A stretch of 64,000 nt of DNA. Source: a virus. A program made the position numbers and the translations under genes. Under the pieces are notes generated by a model. It searched no databases. It was not told the origin of the DNA and was given only the letters and a program-made list of their open reading frames with translations. Location: the IMG/VR virus record IMGVR_UViG_3300025141_000021; one strand, 5' to 3'. Shown piece after piece: positions 17,094-26,604 of this stretch. Every line of letters starts with the position of its first letter. The stretch's first letter is position 1.

Positions 17094-18734
17094 TTACTGG
17101 GGCTCTTCTGATAATTGTACATCAGGCGCGCCATTTTGTAAAATCGTTTCTTCTAGTTTTTCTTCTTCGGCGTGTTTCCTCGTACCTGTCTCAATTTCAT
17201 CGGCTGTGTCGGCCGCTTTCAAGCCTGCGGGCTTCTCACCAGCCACAAAGTACGAATTTAATTGATCCGTTAGCTGTTCTAGTTGTGCAAAAATATCAAA
17301 TATACGCTGCTGTAACTTATCGGCATATTTTTCAGCTATTGAATCGATTGCTGAGCGCCCCAGTTCAATCTCTCCAATCTTCCAATTTTTGTAATAATTG
17401 AAGTCAATATGGAATTGAGTTGCTTCGGCCGCTTCGGGCCCAAGATAACCGCTAGTCTGCCTTATAAGGCTCCAAAATTTTTCTGGTCCTTCTTGCTTCA
17501 GCGCATCTTCTAATATTCTTACTGAATACCCGAGTGGATAAAATTCCTCACTCTGCATTTTTTGGCCGGCGCGGGCTTTTCGTAATACATCAAAACCAGG
17601 CTTACCGGCTTTTCTTAACAATTCTTTGGCCGCGCTATTGAATTCACTAGGATCGTCTTCGGTGCCCCTTTTGCGCAAGCCGTATTTCAGCACTTGCGTG
17701 GGATTTTTCTTTTTATAAGCAATTGGTACTGGTTCATACTGATCTAAAAATTCTTTAACCGCGGCTGGTGTAAATTCTTCTATAATTTTAGAAACATATT
17801 TTCTAGCACTGACCTTTTCGCCGGGGCTTATAAAAGTTAGCTTTGATTTAACCTCGTCTATCAACCAGTCTGGTATATACTCTTCTTCTGCTCCTGGCTC
17901 TTCTCGGCCCTCAAGGGCATCTTTGCTTAGGTGTAGTAGTTTGCTATTATGCTTTTTGCTCTTGAGGGCTTCTAAAAAGGTCTTAGCTGTAAAATCAAAT
18001 TCATAGAAATGGATCGATCCTTTCATGTGCATGCCCTCTTCGGTCACATGCTTCTCCTTAAAATCTTTTAGACAAATAATATATTTCATTTCGCCTTTGG
18101 CGCCCGCTTTAGCAACGTAGCCTTCTTCACCCGGCTCTCTGACGCGCTCTGGCAAAAAGTGTGATACTAAATCTTTATAGCTTCCTTCAACAACTGCGGG
18201 ATACTCAGTTAACAATTTCAGACTAATCGGATTTTTGTCGTTGTCGACCAAGTCTTGAATCCCGGCGGTTCCAGCCGGAACTTGCTCGCCTTGCAGTAAG
18301 ACAGACAAAAATGATTCAAACGTAAATCCAGCAGCAGAGGGATTAAAGTGTACCATTATGTTTGTGAGGGTGTCCAAAAATATAATATGGGAAAGTACCT
18401 CACTCGTTGTAGCCTCTGGATCTGGTTCTCTCTTAAGAAAGTCATTAATAGATACAAGCTTGCCCGATAAAGAATCCCCGCTGGATATAACTTCTCCCAG
18501 CAACTTTGTTAAGACTTCTCTATCATTAGATCCGGCCTTGCCCCACATCTTTTCAGACAATCTTATGATTGGGAGCGTTATAGTCATTTTCTTTCCGGCT
18601 TTCCCCTTGCCTTCGAGCAAAGGTTCTCTCATGACTTCGCCTACCATTTCTAGTAGTGACGAAAATGACAAATTTGAATTTACTGTGTTGAAATAGTTTT
18701 CTACCAATATTTCTATATCTTTAATGCCGGCCAT
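17094..18734 (-). CDS. Hypothetical protein, possibly virion-associated; weak PD-(D/E)xK-like pattern
   Basis: Likely start MAGIKDIEILVENYF at 18734; FESFL...QDLV...ISLK pattern. Confidence 0.55.
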   Translation of the reverse strand: MAGIKDIEILVENYFNTVNSNLSFSSLLEMVGEVMREPLLEGKGKAGKKMTITLPIIRLSEKMWGKAGSNDREVLTKLLGEVISSGDSLSGKLVSINDFLKREPDPEATTSEVLSHIIFLDTLTNIMVHFNPSAAGFTFESFLSVLLQGEQVPAGTAGIQDLVDNDKNPISLKLLTEYPAVVEGSYKDLVSHFLPERVREPGEEGYVAKAGAKGEMKYIICLKDFKEKHVTEEGMHMKGSIHFYEFDFTAKTFLEALKSKKHNSKLLHLSKDALEGREEPGAEEEYIPDWLIDEVKSKLTFISPGEKVSARKYVSKIIEEFTPAAVKEFLDQYEPVPIAYKKKNPTQVLKYGLRKRGTEDDPSEFNSAAKELLRKAGKPGFDVLRKARAGQKMQSEEFYPLGYSVRILEDALKQEGPEKFWSLIRQTSGYLGPEAAEATQFHIDFNYYKNWKIGEIELGRSAIDSIAEKYADKLQQRIFDIFAQLEQLTDQLNSYFVAGEKPAGLKAADTADEIETGTRKHAEEEKLEETILQNGAPDVQLSEEPQ

Positions 18735-18741
18735 ACTATAA

Positions 18742-19338
18742 TTAGTCCCACTCATTTAATAGAGTATATGTAAAACTGTCCCAGCCTCTGTTATCTCGTT
18801 GCTTCTTGCAAATTTTCATAAATTGATCGAAATGAGCGGGGTTCGCAAAAACTTGACAGCCGGCGGAATATTTGTCAACTTTAATTGAGCCGCCGGATCT
18901 TGTTGTGGCACGATGGCAATTAATAGAAAAATTTCCAGTTTGTATGTTGTCTTCCCGATAATCGACTTTGCTGTTTAAATTATCATCGCGATGGACAGAA
19001 ATATCCGCCATTCCTCGCTGAACCAACGCAGTGTATTTTCCTCTGTGGAGTCCGATCTTCCATACACCACGATATTGCTTATCAGCTACAACTGCAGCAC
19101 AGCCTGCCGGATTCATCGGATGTTCTAGCCAATAAGTGCCAGGATCTGTTGTAATCGGCCATGAACGTTGAATCCACTGAGACTTTTCTTTGTAGATCAA
19201 AAACAGTTCGTCGTCGAAAACGTTCGGCCGGCCATTTTTGCTTCTGATACCGATTATGTTTAAATCAAAGTCCCCACTGTCAAACACTGCTCCTCCTATG
19301 TCTTCGACTCTTCTAAGAATTTTGTTAAATTTGCTCAT
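18742..19338 (-). CDS. L,D-transpeptidase/YkuD-like peptidoglycan enzyme (candidate endolysin)
   Basis: INCHR...YSAGCQV His/Cys motif; late-type motif just upstream. Confidence 0.55.
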   Translation of the reverse strand: MSKFNKILRRVEDIGGAVFDSGDFDLNIIGIRSKNGRPNVFDDELFLIYKEKSQWIQRSWPITTDPGTYWLEHPMNPAGCAAVVADKQYRGVWKIGLHRGKYTALVQRGMADISVHRDDNLNSKVDYREDNIQTGNFSINCHRATTRSGGSIKVDKYSAGCQVFANPAHFDQFMKICKKQRDNRGWDSFTYTLLNEWD

Positions 19339-19346
19339 TATATTAA

Positions 19347-19640
19347 TTAGTTGTTTTTATTGGCTTTGACTAGAGTTTTTGTGCCTCTCTTTGTTTCCTC
19401 TAGTAGTCGATAAGGAAAAGTTTTAGCCCATATTAGCCAGTCTCTGGAGCTTTCAAATTTTCTGGAGAACCCCAAGATAACTTCTTTTTCCTTAATATTA
19501 AATCCTTCTGCATAGATGGTCCATCCATCCATCAATTTTCTAATTTTGTTTTCGTTTCGCTTTCCCTTAATTTTATCAATTTGAATATTATATTTATATC
19601 CGCTTTCATCCCTAGACGATTTCCAAGCGACAGCTTCCAT
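19347..19640 (-). CDS. Hypothetical protein
   Basis: 97 aa; SD AGGAGG upstream. Confidence 0.65.
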   Translation of the reverse strand: MEAVAWKSSRDESGYKYNIQIDKIKGKRNENKIRKLMDGWTIYAEGFNIKEKEVILGFSRKFESSRDWLIWAKTFPYRLLEETKRGTKTLVKANKNN

Positions 19641-19661
19641 TCTGCACCCTCCTTTAGTATT

Positions 19662-19690
19662 ATTCTACCGATAATGGGGCAAGATGTCAA
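19662..19690 (-). promoter_or_regulatory. Sigma70-type promoter
   Basis: TTGACA-17 nt-TAGAAT. Confidence 0.65.
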
Positions 19691-20082
19691 GTATTTTTAT
19701 AAATTTTGGTTAATTCTTTCATGGCGCCTTCCCAACTATCAAACTTAATTAGGGGCAAAAATGTGTTAGGGCATGCTGCAATGAAATTATTAATCACAGT
19801 TTTCTTCCAGCTTTCGAAAGAACGCTCGTCAATTTCCTTGGCTAAATCTATTTCTCTCTCGCTAACTAACCCAGATTCTACCATAGTAGAATACTTCAGT
19901 TCTTTAATGAAAGCTATGTCTTCGGCTACCGCCCCAAGAAGCTGCAACGCGTGAATGTTTAAAAGTTTGGCCAATATAAATGCGTGGCCGTAGTTTAAAA
20001 GCCTCGTCAAAAATCTGCAGGCAATCACCCCTCCAAGAAACCAAGCTATTTCATACAATCCTTCAATACCAAAAAGTTCCAA
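19687..20082 (-). CDS. Hypothetical membrane protein
   Basis: TTG start with GGAGA SD; N-terminal hydrophobic helix. Confidence 0.6.
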   Translation of the reverse strand: MELFGIEGLYEIAWFLGGVIACRFLTRLLNYGHAFILAKLLNIHALQLLGAVAEDIAFIKELKYSTMVESGLVSEREIDLAKEIDERSFESWKKTVINNFIAACPNTFLPLIKFDSWEGAMKELTKIYKNT

Positions 20083-20098
20083 TGTGTTTTCTCCAAAA

Positions 20099-20127
20099 AC
20101 AAAAAACCACGGTGTTGTCCGTGGTTT
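20099..20127 (-). terminator. Intrinsic terminator
   Basis: Stem aaaccacgg/ccgtggttt with a T-tract on the minus strand. Confidence 0.75.
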
Positions 20128-20161
20128 AATGTTACTTCATTATGGGTGTGTTTGTTAAATT

Positions 20162-20848
20162 CTATTTTCTGTTTTTTCTCTTCCGGGATTCTTTAACTAG
20201 TCGAGCGGCAACGCGTCGGGCGACTTCTGCGACCAATGCGTCGTCATCAACAACGTCTACATCGGCCTCCTCAAGTCCTTCCTCTTCGTCTTCATTTTCG
20301 GCTAGAGAGCCAGCAGGAGCTTTTGCTTTCGAAAACTTGTGATTTTCTGGAGGCATAGAAGAACCCTTATGCTTATTACCGCCTTGGGTTTCTAAGCCCT
20401 CATCGTACATACCGCGTCCACCCGGCGGGAGAGCCTCTTCTTCTTCGGCTCCGGGGCCGAGTTCGGATCCCATGTCGAGTTCGGCAGGAGGTAGTTCCTC
20501 CTCTGGAGCGTCTGCAGGAGGTTCTAAACCAGCCTCTTCAGCTTCACCGCCCTCTACAGAAACAGAAACACCAGTTTCGGCCTCAATGGCGTCGGCAATT
20601 GCACTAACCAAGCCTTCAACATCAACCTCTCCCTCGCCTTCGGGGGGGCCCATATCAAGGTCAGCTTCGTCTTCGCCGCCAAGTTCTGCGGGTGGCATTT
20701 CCTCGGCACCGAGATCCAACTCTTCTTCCTCTTCTTCATAAAGATCATCAACAAATGGATCGCTGAGCGAATCAATTTCCGCCAACTTCATAAAGCGACG
20801 AACCGTTCCTTCATTGAGAAGCGGCTTTTTATTTTTATTGCGACTCAT
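20162..20848 (-). CDS. Highly acidic protein, candidate prohead core/internal head protein
   Basis: Glu/Pro/Gly-rich core, basic termini, many L-x-E sites; late motif at 20896-20903 and a downstream terminator. Confidence 0.55.
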   Translation of the reverse strand: MSRNKNKKPLLNEGTVRRFMKLAEIDSLSDPFVDDLYEEEEEELDLGAEEMPPAELGGEDEADLDMGPPEGEGEVDVEGLVSAIADAIEAETGVSVSVEGGEAEEAGLEPPADAPEEELPPAELDMGSELGPGAEEEEALPPGGRGMYDEGLETQGGNKHKGSSMPPENHKFSKAKAPAGSLAENEDEEEGLEEADVDVVDDDALVAEVARRVAARLVKESRKRKNRK

Positions 20849-20932
20849 ATTTTTATTCTCCTAGAATTTATAACACAACCACTATGGTTCAACAGTAAAT
20901 AGTCTAAACATATCGAAAAAGCTACTAAAAAC

Positions 20933-21157
20933 TCAACTTCTTTTACGCAGCTTTTTCAAGGCGGCTTCTTCAATTTGTTTAATTCTAACAAAGCTGACGC
21001 CAATTCTTTCTGCTACTTCTCTTAACGTCATTGGTCCGTTTTTCTTGGCCGCTATTAGCGTACAATTAAGATCCGATCCGTAATCAATCCATAATCGGCA
21101 ATCCTTGTTTTTACACTCTTCGCTAGCCATGTGACATTTTTTTGCGCATTCTCTCAT
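20933..21157 (-). CDS. Small Cys-rich protein with sigma70 region 4-like HTH
   Basis: GPMTLREVAERIGVSFVRIKQIEEAALKKL. Confidence 0.75.
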   Translation of the reverse strand: MRECAKKCHMASEECKNKDCRLWIDYGSDLNCTLIAAKKNGPMTLREVAERIGVSFVRIKQIEEAALKKLRKRS

Positions 21158-21216
21158 AATTCTGGGTATTCCTTTTCTATAAATTAAATTATTTCTTCTT
21201 CTTTTTCTTCTTCTAA
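21154..21216 (-). pseudogene. Decayed duplicate of the 3' end of gene 21931..22254
   Basis: Reads LEEEKEEEII*FIEKEYPEL* versus LDEEEVEDIFDLLEKEHPEL*; 21 codons, colinear and ungapped. Confidence 0.7.
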
Positions 21217-21923
21217 ATTAATGGTTGTGCTGAAATTATACGTTGTTTGCACGGCGAACATCTACCACAGTGCCTTCCTGGCTTTTTGCTCCGATTAGGG
21301 CGCCAACAAGACCATGTTTTGTAGAGAACGTCATCGAATTTCTTATTTTTAGAATCTTCCAACATTTCTTCCTTTGTTAAGTTTATTATTGGAAATTTCA
21401 AATTCTTAAATACGGAGCACAGCTCATCATGTTCATTTTTAAATTTTTTCTCGTCGACGAAGCCACAGTTGTTAGCATCATATGACAAAAACCTCAAATA
21501 GGCTGATGGCACCAGGCGCCGTCGATATCGTGGATCACCGATAAGCGTACCGTAATAAAGTTTGTGTGGATAATAACTGCAGAAATGAGCGATCATCGCT
21601 TGTTGAGTTCCCATAGGGAGGTGAAGCCTCGCGCCATAACCGCCCAACTTCACTAATTTTTGATCAACCTCTTTGTTCTTTTCAACCTTCATCTTAATAA
21701 ACTCTTTAATGCGGGGTCCATATTCAGGATATTTATCTCGAACAAAGTCTGTAATAGATTTCATAATATTAAGCTCAACAGTTTCTGATCGGCGGGTGTC
21801 TATAGAAGATAAATATATGGGCTGGACTTCGTGCCCTTCCCAAAGAAGCCTCATAACCACGTAGGTTGAATCAAACCCACCGCTCCATAAAACATATTTC
21901 ATTATACTCTTTCCATCATTCAC
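21213..21923 (-). CDS. queC: QueC-like (7-cyano-7-deazaguanine synthase family) PP-loop protein
   Basis: LWSGGFDST PP-loop; TWSC...CGRCSPC zinc site. Confidence 0.75.
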   Translation of the reverse strand: MNDGKSIMKYVLWSGGFDSTYVVMRLLWEGHEVQPIYLSSIDTRRSETVELNIMKSITDFVRDKYPEYGPRIKEFIKMKVEKNKEVDQKLVKLGGYGARLHLPMGTQQAMIAHFCSYYPHKLYYGTLIGDPRYRRRLVPSAYLRFLSYDANNCGFVDEKKFKNEHDELCSVFKNLKFPIINLTKEEMLEDSKNKKFDDVLYKTWSCWRPNRSKKPGRHCGRCSPCKQRIISAQPLI

Positions 21924-21930
21924 CTAGTTA

Positions 21931-22254
21931 TCACAACTCTGGATGTTCCTTTTCTAATAAATCAAATATATCTTCGACCTCTTCTTCGTCTAAACCAAAA
22001 TTTTTAATTGTCTGTTTTCCTTTTTCTCTTAGTTCCGCTGATTTAATTCGTTTTTGTTGACTATGAATATTGTTTCTTTCTTGAACTTCTTCTATGAATT
22101 TTATAACGTGCTCGTTTTTTTCTAAATATCCAGTTATTAAACTTCTAAAGAATAACGCTTGGGATATTCCATCATAATCCAAGCGTATTTTCAAATCCGC
22201 ATGCCGCTTATCTGTATCTTCAAATACAATTCTTTTTAAATCCTTTGCCATCAT
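21931..22254 (-). CDS. Hypothetical protein
   Basis: 107 aa; ATGA overlap with guaB. Confidence 0.65.
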   Translation of the reverse strand: MMAKDLKRIVFEDTDKRHADLKIRLDYDGISQALFFRSLITGYLEKNEHVIKFIEEVQERNNIHSQQKRIKSAELREKGKQTIKNFGLDEEEVEDIFDLLEKEHPEL

Positions 22255-23327
22255 CGACTCAAAATATGTGTTTTGCTTTCGTTCGTACCAGCAGAGGTTT
22301 GTCTTATAAACTTTGCCTTAGCCTGAAGTTCTCCAAGCGTTCTAGCACCCGAATATGAAAACCCGCTGCGTATGCCCCTGCCGAGTTCTTCAAGAACGTC
22401 CTCCACCGGACCTTTGCATGGCACTGTCGTGGCAATCCCCTCCAGTGAGGCAGTACTGCCCCTCCACTCAATCTGTGCATCTTGGCTAGCCATGCCCCGA
22501 TAGGGCTTAAACTTTCCCTTGCGCGTGTTAATTACATCTCCAGGAGTTTCATCAGTACCTGCAAGCAAAGACCCAAGCATAACGAAGTCAGCGCCAGCTG
22601 CCAAAGCCTTGACAATATCACCAGCGTTCCGTATTCCTCCGTCAGCAATGATGGCCGCTTCCCGGTCTGATTTCGCACAATCAATAATTGTTTGAAGCCC
22701 CGGAACACCATGGCCAGTTTGAATCCTAGTTGAACAAATAGAACCGCCGCCAATATTGCAGCGCACACTATCGGCTCCCCAATCGACCAAGTCATTATAA
22801 CCCTCCAATGTTGCAACGTTGCCCGCTATGATGTGAACAGTATCAGAAAAGACATTACGCAAGTCTTCTAAAGCTTCCTTCATCAAAACGTGATGTCCGT
22901 GGGCTACATCCACACACAGAATTCTTACACCCGCATCATATAAAGCTGTTGCTCTATCTAAATAGTCTCCAGAAGTTCCTATTGCTGCAGCCGCATTGGT
23001 TCTGGCAAACAAGACTTGATCTACGGTCTCGCACTGTTCTTCAATACTACTGTATCGATGTATCACTGCAAGGCCCCCCTCTTGCCACATCGCAATCCCC
23101 ATTTCTGATTCTGAAATGGTATCCATTGGGCTAGCAATAATTGGAAGCGATAGCCGAGTTACGCCGCTAGCGCCATTGAGAACACTTCCTATATTTATTT
23201 CAGATCGACTTCGGATGTTTGAATACTGAGGCACCAAAAGCACATCATCATAGGTTAAGGTTTCTCTAACTTTCTCGTCACGATCAGATGGGTGGTAATA
23301 TGTGACGTTATCCGGGCTGAACTTCAT
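22251..23327 (-). CDS. guaB: IMP dehydrogenase / GMP reductase family, lacking the CBS domain
   Basis: [31 protein letters not shown] (catalytic Cys), IADGGI and YRGMAS. Confidence 0.9.
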   Translation of the reverse strand: MKFSPDNVTYYHPSDRDEKVRETLTYDDVLLVPQYSNIRSRSEINIGSVLNGASGVTRLSLPIIASPMDTISESEMGIAMWQEGGLAVIHRYSSIEEQCETVDQVLFARTNAAAAIGTSGDYLDRATALYDAGVRILCVDVAHGHHVLMKEALEDLRNVFSDTVHIIAGNVATLEGYNDLVDWGADSVRCNIGGGSICSTRIQTGHGVPGLQTIIDCAKSDREAAIIADGGIRNAGDIVKALAAGADFVMLGSLLAGTDETPGDVINTRKGKFKPYRGMASQDAQIEWRGSTASLEGIATTVPCKGPVEDVLEELGRGIRSGFSYSGARTLGELQAKAKFIRQTSAGTNESKTHILSR

Positions 23328-23598
23328 TTTCTTCCTTCTTCTGCAAAAAATCTTGTAATATGTTTTTTGCGTTATCCCAACACGTTGGGCACCAAAGATT
23401 AACTTTCTCTTCTTCTTTTCGAATTACAACAGTCCAAGTTTTAACCATCTCTTCATTTGTTTTGTCGAAAGGATCGTCACACGAAAGACACATCTCTGGC
23501 ATTCTATCAAACATATTTATTTTTTCTGATACCTCTTTTTCCAACAATCTACGAGCTTTTTTCTTCCCCGTGACTTTTCTAAGCTTTGGTCGTTTCAT
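23308..23598 (-). CDS. Hypothetical Zn-finger protein
   Basis: CLSC...CPTC. Confidence 0.65.
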   Translation of the reverse strand: MKRPKLRKVTGKKKARRLLEKEVSEKINMFDRMPEMCLSCDDPFDKTNEEMVKTWTVVIRKEEEKVNLWCPTCWDNAKNILQDFLQKKEENEVQPG

Positions 23599-24130
23599 TT
23601 TTCTCCATTGTATACATCTTGGGTACTAACCCTCTAGCTGGTGCCGGCAACATAACATCCGAATGAAAAACAACTATTGCCGATGGAAATGGGGCAGCAT
23701 TAGTGGAACTGCCAAACTTTAATCTTCCTTTAAGAAAATGTATTTCTTTTGCTTTCATTACGTAATTGTGCCACCACTTAGTATCGGTTCTAGATGGGAT
23801 AAGCATTACAACAATTGTATTGTGTTTTTTACTTTCCTCATGAGCCTTCTCGATCCATTCACCAATTCCTCGCCCATATGGGGGATTGACAAAAACATGG
23901 TGGCCGGCCCAATCTTGTGCCAAACCATCGTCTTTGATTGTAAAATATTTTTTGCACTTTGCGCTGCTGTGAGTTGCACACGGATCTAACGTAAAATTCC
24001 AGTCCCGATCCAAACGATCATAAAAATCCTGTGGTGTGTCCCATTCTGTAGATTTTGATTTAAAACCCACTGCGCCAGAATCCTTACTCCACAGTTTGGG
24101 GCCTCTTACATTTGGAGTTTCAGGTTTCAT
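23579..24130 (-). CDS. Phage DNA N6-adenine methyltransferase
   Basis: EWDTPQ..Y, LDPCA, FVNPPY and MLIPSRTDT; likely start at 24130. Confidence 0.85.
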   Translation of the reverse strand: MKPETPNVRGPKLWSKDSGAVGFKSKSTEWDTPQDFYDRLDRDWNFTLDPCATHSSAKCKKYFTIKDDGLAQDWAGHHVFVNPPYGRGIGEWIEKAHEESKKHNTIVVMLIPSRTDTKWWHNYVMKAKEIHFLKGRLKFGSSTNAAPFPSAIVVFHSDVMLPAPARGLVPKMYTMEKNETTKA

Positions 24131-24605
24131 CTGTACTCCCCAATGCGCCGTCGGCACGATCACTAATCGTAATAGGATACCAATCGTAAAGGTCTCCTGT
24201 ATTAGTTTCAACAGCCCTAAAGTGTACCACTGGTACCAGCACTGCCTGTGCAATTTTGTCTTCTGGCTTTATTGTCTGCGGAGTCTTGCCAATATTGTGC
24301 AGATTTACAAATATTTCTCCGTCGTATCCAGAATCTACAACGCATGCGCCAACAATTAAAGAACGCTTGGCGGCCATACTGGAACGATTTTTAATTTCTA
24401 GCATGTAGCCATGTGGTACGCCAAACCTATATCCCGTCGAAAGGACAGCGTTTTCTCCTGGTTCGATCACGACTGAATCATGTTCTGGCAACAAAAGCAT
24501 ATTTTTTGGTTCTGGATTAAAAAACAAATCCAACCCTGCATCACTAGGGTTTGCTCGTTCTGGCGGCTGAGCGCTTGGTCTCACTCTAAAATATTCAAGT
24601 AACAT
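24120..24605 (-). CDS. dut: Trimeric dUTPase
   Basis: AGLDL, RSS, VVDSGYDGE, KIAQAV and RADGALGST. Confidence 0.92.
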   Translation of the reverse strand: MLLEYFRVRPSAQPPERANPSDAGLDLFFNPEPKNMLLLPEHDSVVIEPGENAVLSTGYRFGVPHGYMLEIKNRSSMAAKRSLIVGACVVDSGYDGEIFVNLHNIGKTPQTIKPEDKIAQAVLVPVVHFRAVETNTGDLYDWYPITISDRADGALGSTDET

Positions 24606-24606
24606 A

Positions 24607-25608
24607 TTAAATTCTCTCCGGGTTATCTGAAAAATGTATTCTTATATCTGGAAAAACTTTCGTCAAATATTTTTTCAGCTCTGCCTCATTTTGTAATTTG
24701 GTGACAATTGAATTATCATCATCATGGCGGATTTTCCACACACCAACTTGCCTTAATACGTCCATTTTGTTTATGACTAGATCGGTAACATCGTTAATTG
24801 TAATTGCTTTCTTAAGCAAATTAATATTCATCCAATTGCACTGCCTGGGTCTTCCGGTAGTGGCACCAAACTCTTTACCAACCTCTCTAATCATATTAAA
24901 AATATCTTGGTCCTTGGGTTGGAATCGCTTGGAGCCTACATAGGTCTCATAACACTTTGCAACACCCCAAACCCTTCTTATGGCTCTATGGGATATTGCG
25001 TTTAATAGCGCTCCAGCAGTAGTGCAATGACTAGAGGTAACATAAGGAAAATCACCCCAGTCAATATCAAGCCCAAATCCTTGAGCACCCTCCAACAGTA
25101 CAACAGGTTCCTCTTTATCATTTTCGTAAAGTTCTTCATATAAATCCACCAAATAGCTATCTAATATTCTGGTGCTCTCTGCTCTGTATCCTGTTCTAGA
25201 ATACTTATCTCGATAGGCTGGGCCATTTCCTCGTCTTGTTGTTCCTAGCCAATCATCTTTCTGATCTTCTGATAGGTGCGCATCAGTAATAATATGAGTA
25301 TTGTTTGCAACTTTAACTAGTTCTTCACAGTCAATACCGCTATTTTGTAAATCTTTAATTTCGTTAAAAAATCTTTCTGGATCGAGAACACAGCCGGAAC
25401 CAATAATTGATTTAACGCCAAAAAACACCCCGGCCGGAATGTGATGGGTTACATATCTTTTCCCCTTGTGAAAAATTGTATGTCCCGCGTTACATCCCCC
25501 ATTGTATCGAATACAATGAGTATAATTATTATTTTCTAATAGATGGTGTGTGACTTTTCCTTTGCCACAATCACCATATTGTAAGTCAACAACTACATCT
25601 GCTATCAC
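24607..25608 (-). CDS. purA: Adenylosuccinate synthetase (short form)
   Basis: QYGDCGKGK, NAGHT, EGAQG, PYVTSS, GATTGRPR and NKMD. Confidence 0.9.
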   Translation of the reverse strand: MIADVVVDLQYGDCGKGKVTHHLLENNNYTHCIRYNGGCNAGHTIFHKGKRYVTHHIPAGVFFGVKSIIGSGCVLDPERFFNEIKDLQNSGIDCEELVKVANNTHIITDAHLSEDQKDDWLGTTRRGNGPAYRDKYSRTGYRAESTRILDSYLVDLYEELYENDKEEPVVLLEGAQGFGLDIDWGDFPYVTSSHCTTAGALLNAISHRAIRRVWGVAKCYETYVGSKRFQPKDQDIFNMIREVGKEFGATTGRPRQCNWMNINLLKKAITINDVTDLVINKMDVLRQVGVWKIRHDDDNSIVTKLQNEAELKKYLTKVFPDIRIHFSDNPERI

Positions 25609-25748
25609 TTTCCTTGCCCCCTATATTTTTTCTTATAATTTTTATTTCCCCCATGTGGGCCGGGGTGACCATGTTTAGTAAATTTACTACTACCAATCGA
25701 AGTTTTCTTTTTTCTCGTGTTTCCCTTTTCGCCATCTCTCTTTGCCAT
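25605..25748 (-). CDS. 47-aa basic protein ending KKKYRGQGK
   Basis: Manual translation; AGGAG SD; GTGA overlap with purA. Confidence 0.7.
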   Translation of the reverse strand: MAKRDGEKGNTRKKKTSIGSSKFTKHGHPGPHGGNKNYKKKYRGQGK

Positions 25749-25758
25749 TTGTTTCTCC

Positions 25759-26604
25759 TTAATAATTCGTAATTACGTAATGAACATTGTTGATTTCATC
25801 TCCAACTCTATTTGAGTGAAGTTTAAAAGCATATTTCTTGTCGTACTGATCAACAATCATTCCATCATAGAGCCTGTCGATTAGCTTGCTTCTTCCAATA
25901 ATGAGTAGACATTTACTCTTAGAATTCTTGACATAGTCTGCCAACAATATGTGTTCTTGTTTTCCGAATTCGTTTCTATAATTGCTAAACTTTGTATCGT
26001 AGGGCGGATCTAAGAAAAAGAAAGCATCTTTCTTTTTTCCATAGGTTTCAAACATCTGCTCAAATGAACAATTTTTAACTGTGGTCCTCTTGAGTATTTC
26101 TTCGTATTTCGGGTCCAAAAGATCATCGAAATTCAGCTTCTTATAGCGTCCATATGGAATATTAAATTTTCCGCCCGGGCCATATCTAAGCATGCCTCTA
26201 TAACAAGACTTTCTCAAAAAATAAAATTGAAAAGCTTCCTCCATTTTATTCCTAGGTCGATATTCATCACGAATATAATAATAGGCACGTTCGCTAGCCG
26301 TATCAAATCCGGGTGGCAAGTTTAAATCTTCTTTTTGTTTTCTACTTCGAAACAGGTGATGCCATGGATTTTTACATTTTTCATAAATCTTTTCACCCTT
26401 GCCAGACTTGATGTTTTTATAAAAATTTATAAGCCCCTCGTGCATGTCGGAAATGACATTTCGCCCCTGGTGCTCTAAATCAAAGTATGTGGCACCGCCT
26501 CCAACGAAAGGTTCGACGTATGTATCAAATTCATCGGGGTAATATTTTTTGAATAAAGAAATTTCTTTCCTTTTGCCACCTGTCCACTTAATTATTGGGC
26601 GCAT
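25759..26604 (-). CDS. Dam/D12-class N6-adenine DNA methyltransferase
   Basis: IKWTGGK, YVEPFVGGGA and FFLDPPY. Confidence 0.9.
   Translation of the reverse strand: MRPIIKWTGGKRKEISLFKKYYPDEFDTYVEPFVGGGATYFDLEHQGRNVISDMHEGLINFYKNIKSGKGEKIYEKCKNPWHHLFRSRKQKEDLNLPPGFDTASERAYYYIRDEYRPRNKMEEAFQFYFLRKSCYRGMLRYGPGGKFNIPYGRYKKLNFDDLLDPKYEEILKRTTVKNCSFEQMFETYGKKKDAFFFLDPPYDTKFSNYRNEFGKQEHILLADYVKNSKSKCLLIIGRSKLIDRLYDGMIVDQYDKKYAFKLHSNRVGDEINNVHYVITNY

Noticed and set aside
22959-22966. Late-promoter motif inside guaB
   Set aside because: It is not positioned before a gene start and is compatible with chance in AT-rich DNA.
24607-25608. PurZ / 2-aminoadenine (Z) genome, suggested by a PurA homolog plus a MazG-like gene and a family A polymerase
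   Set aside because: It keeps the PurA residues: Asp in GDCGKG (PurZ has Ser), Arg in TTGRPR and the GTP-type NKMD. No DatZ-like HD phosphohydrolase is seen, and adenine MTases argue for normal A.
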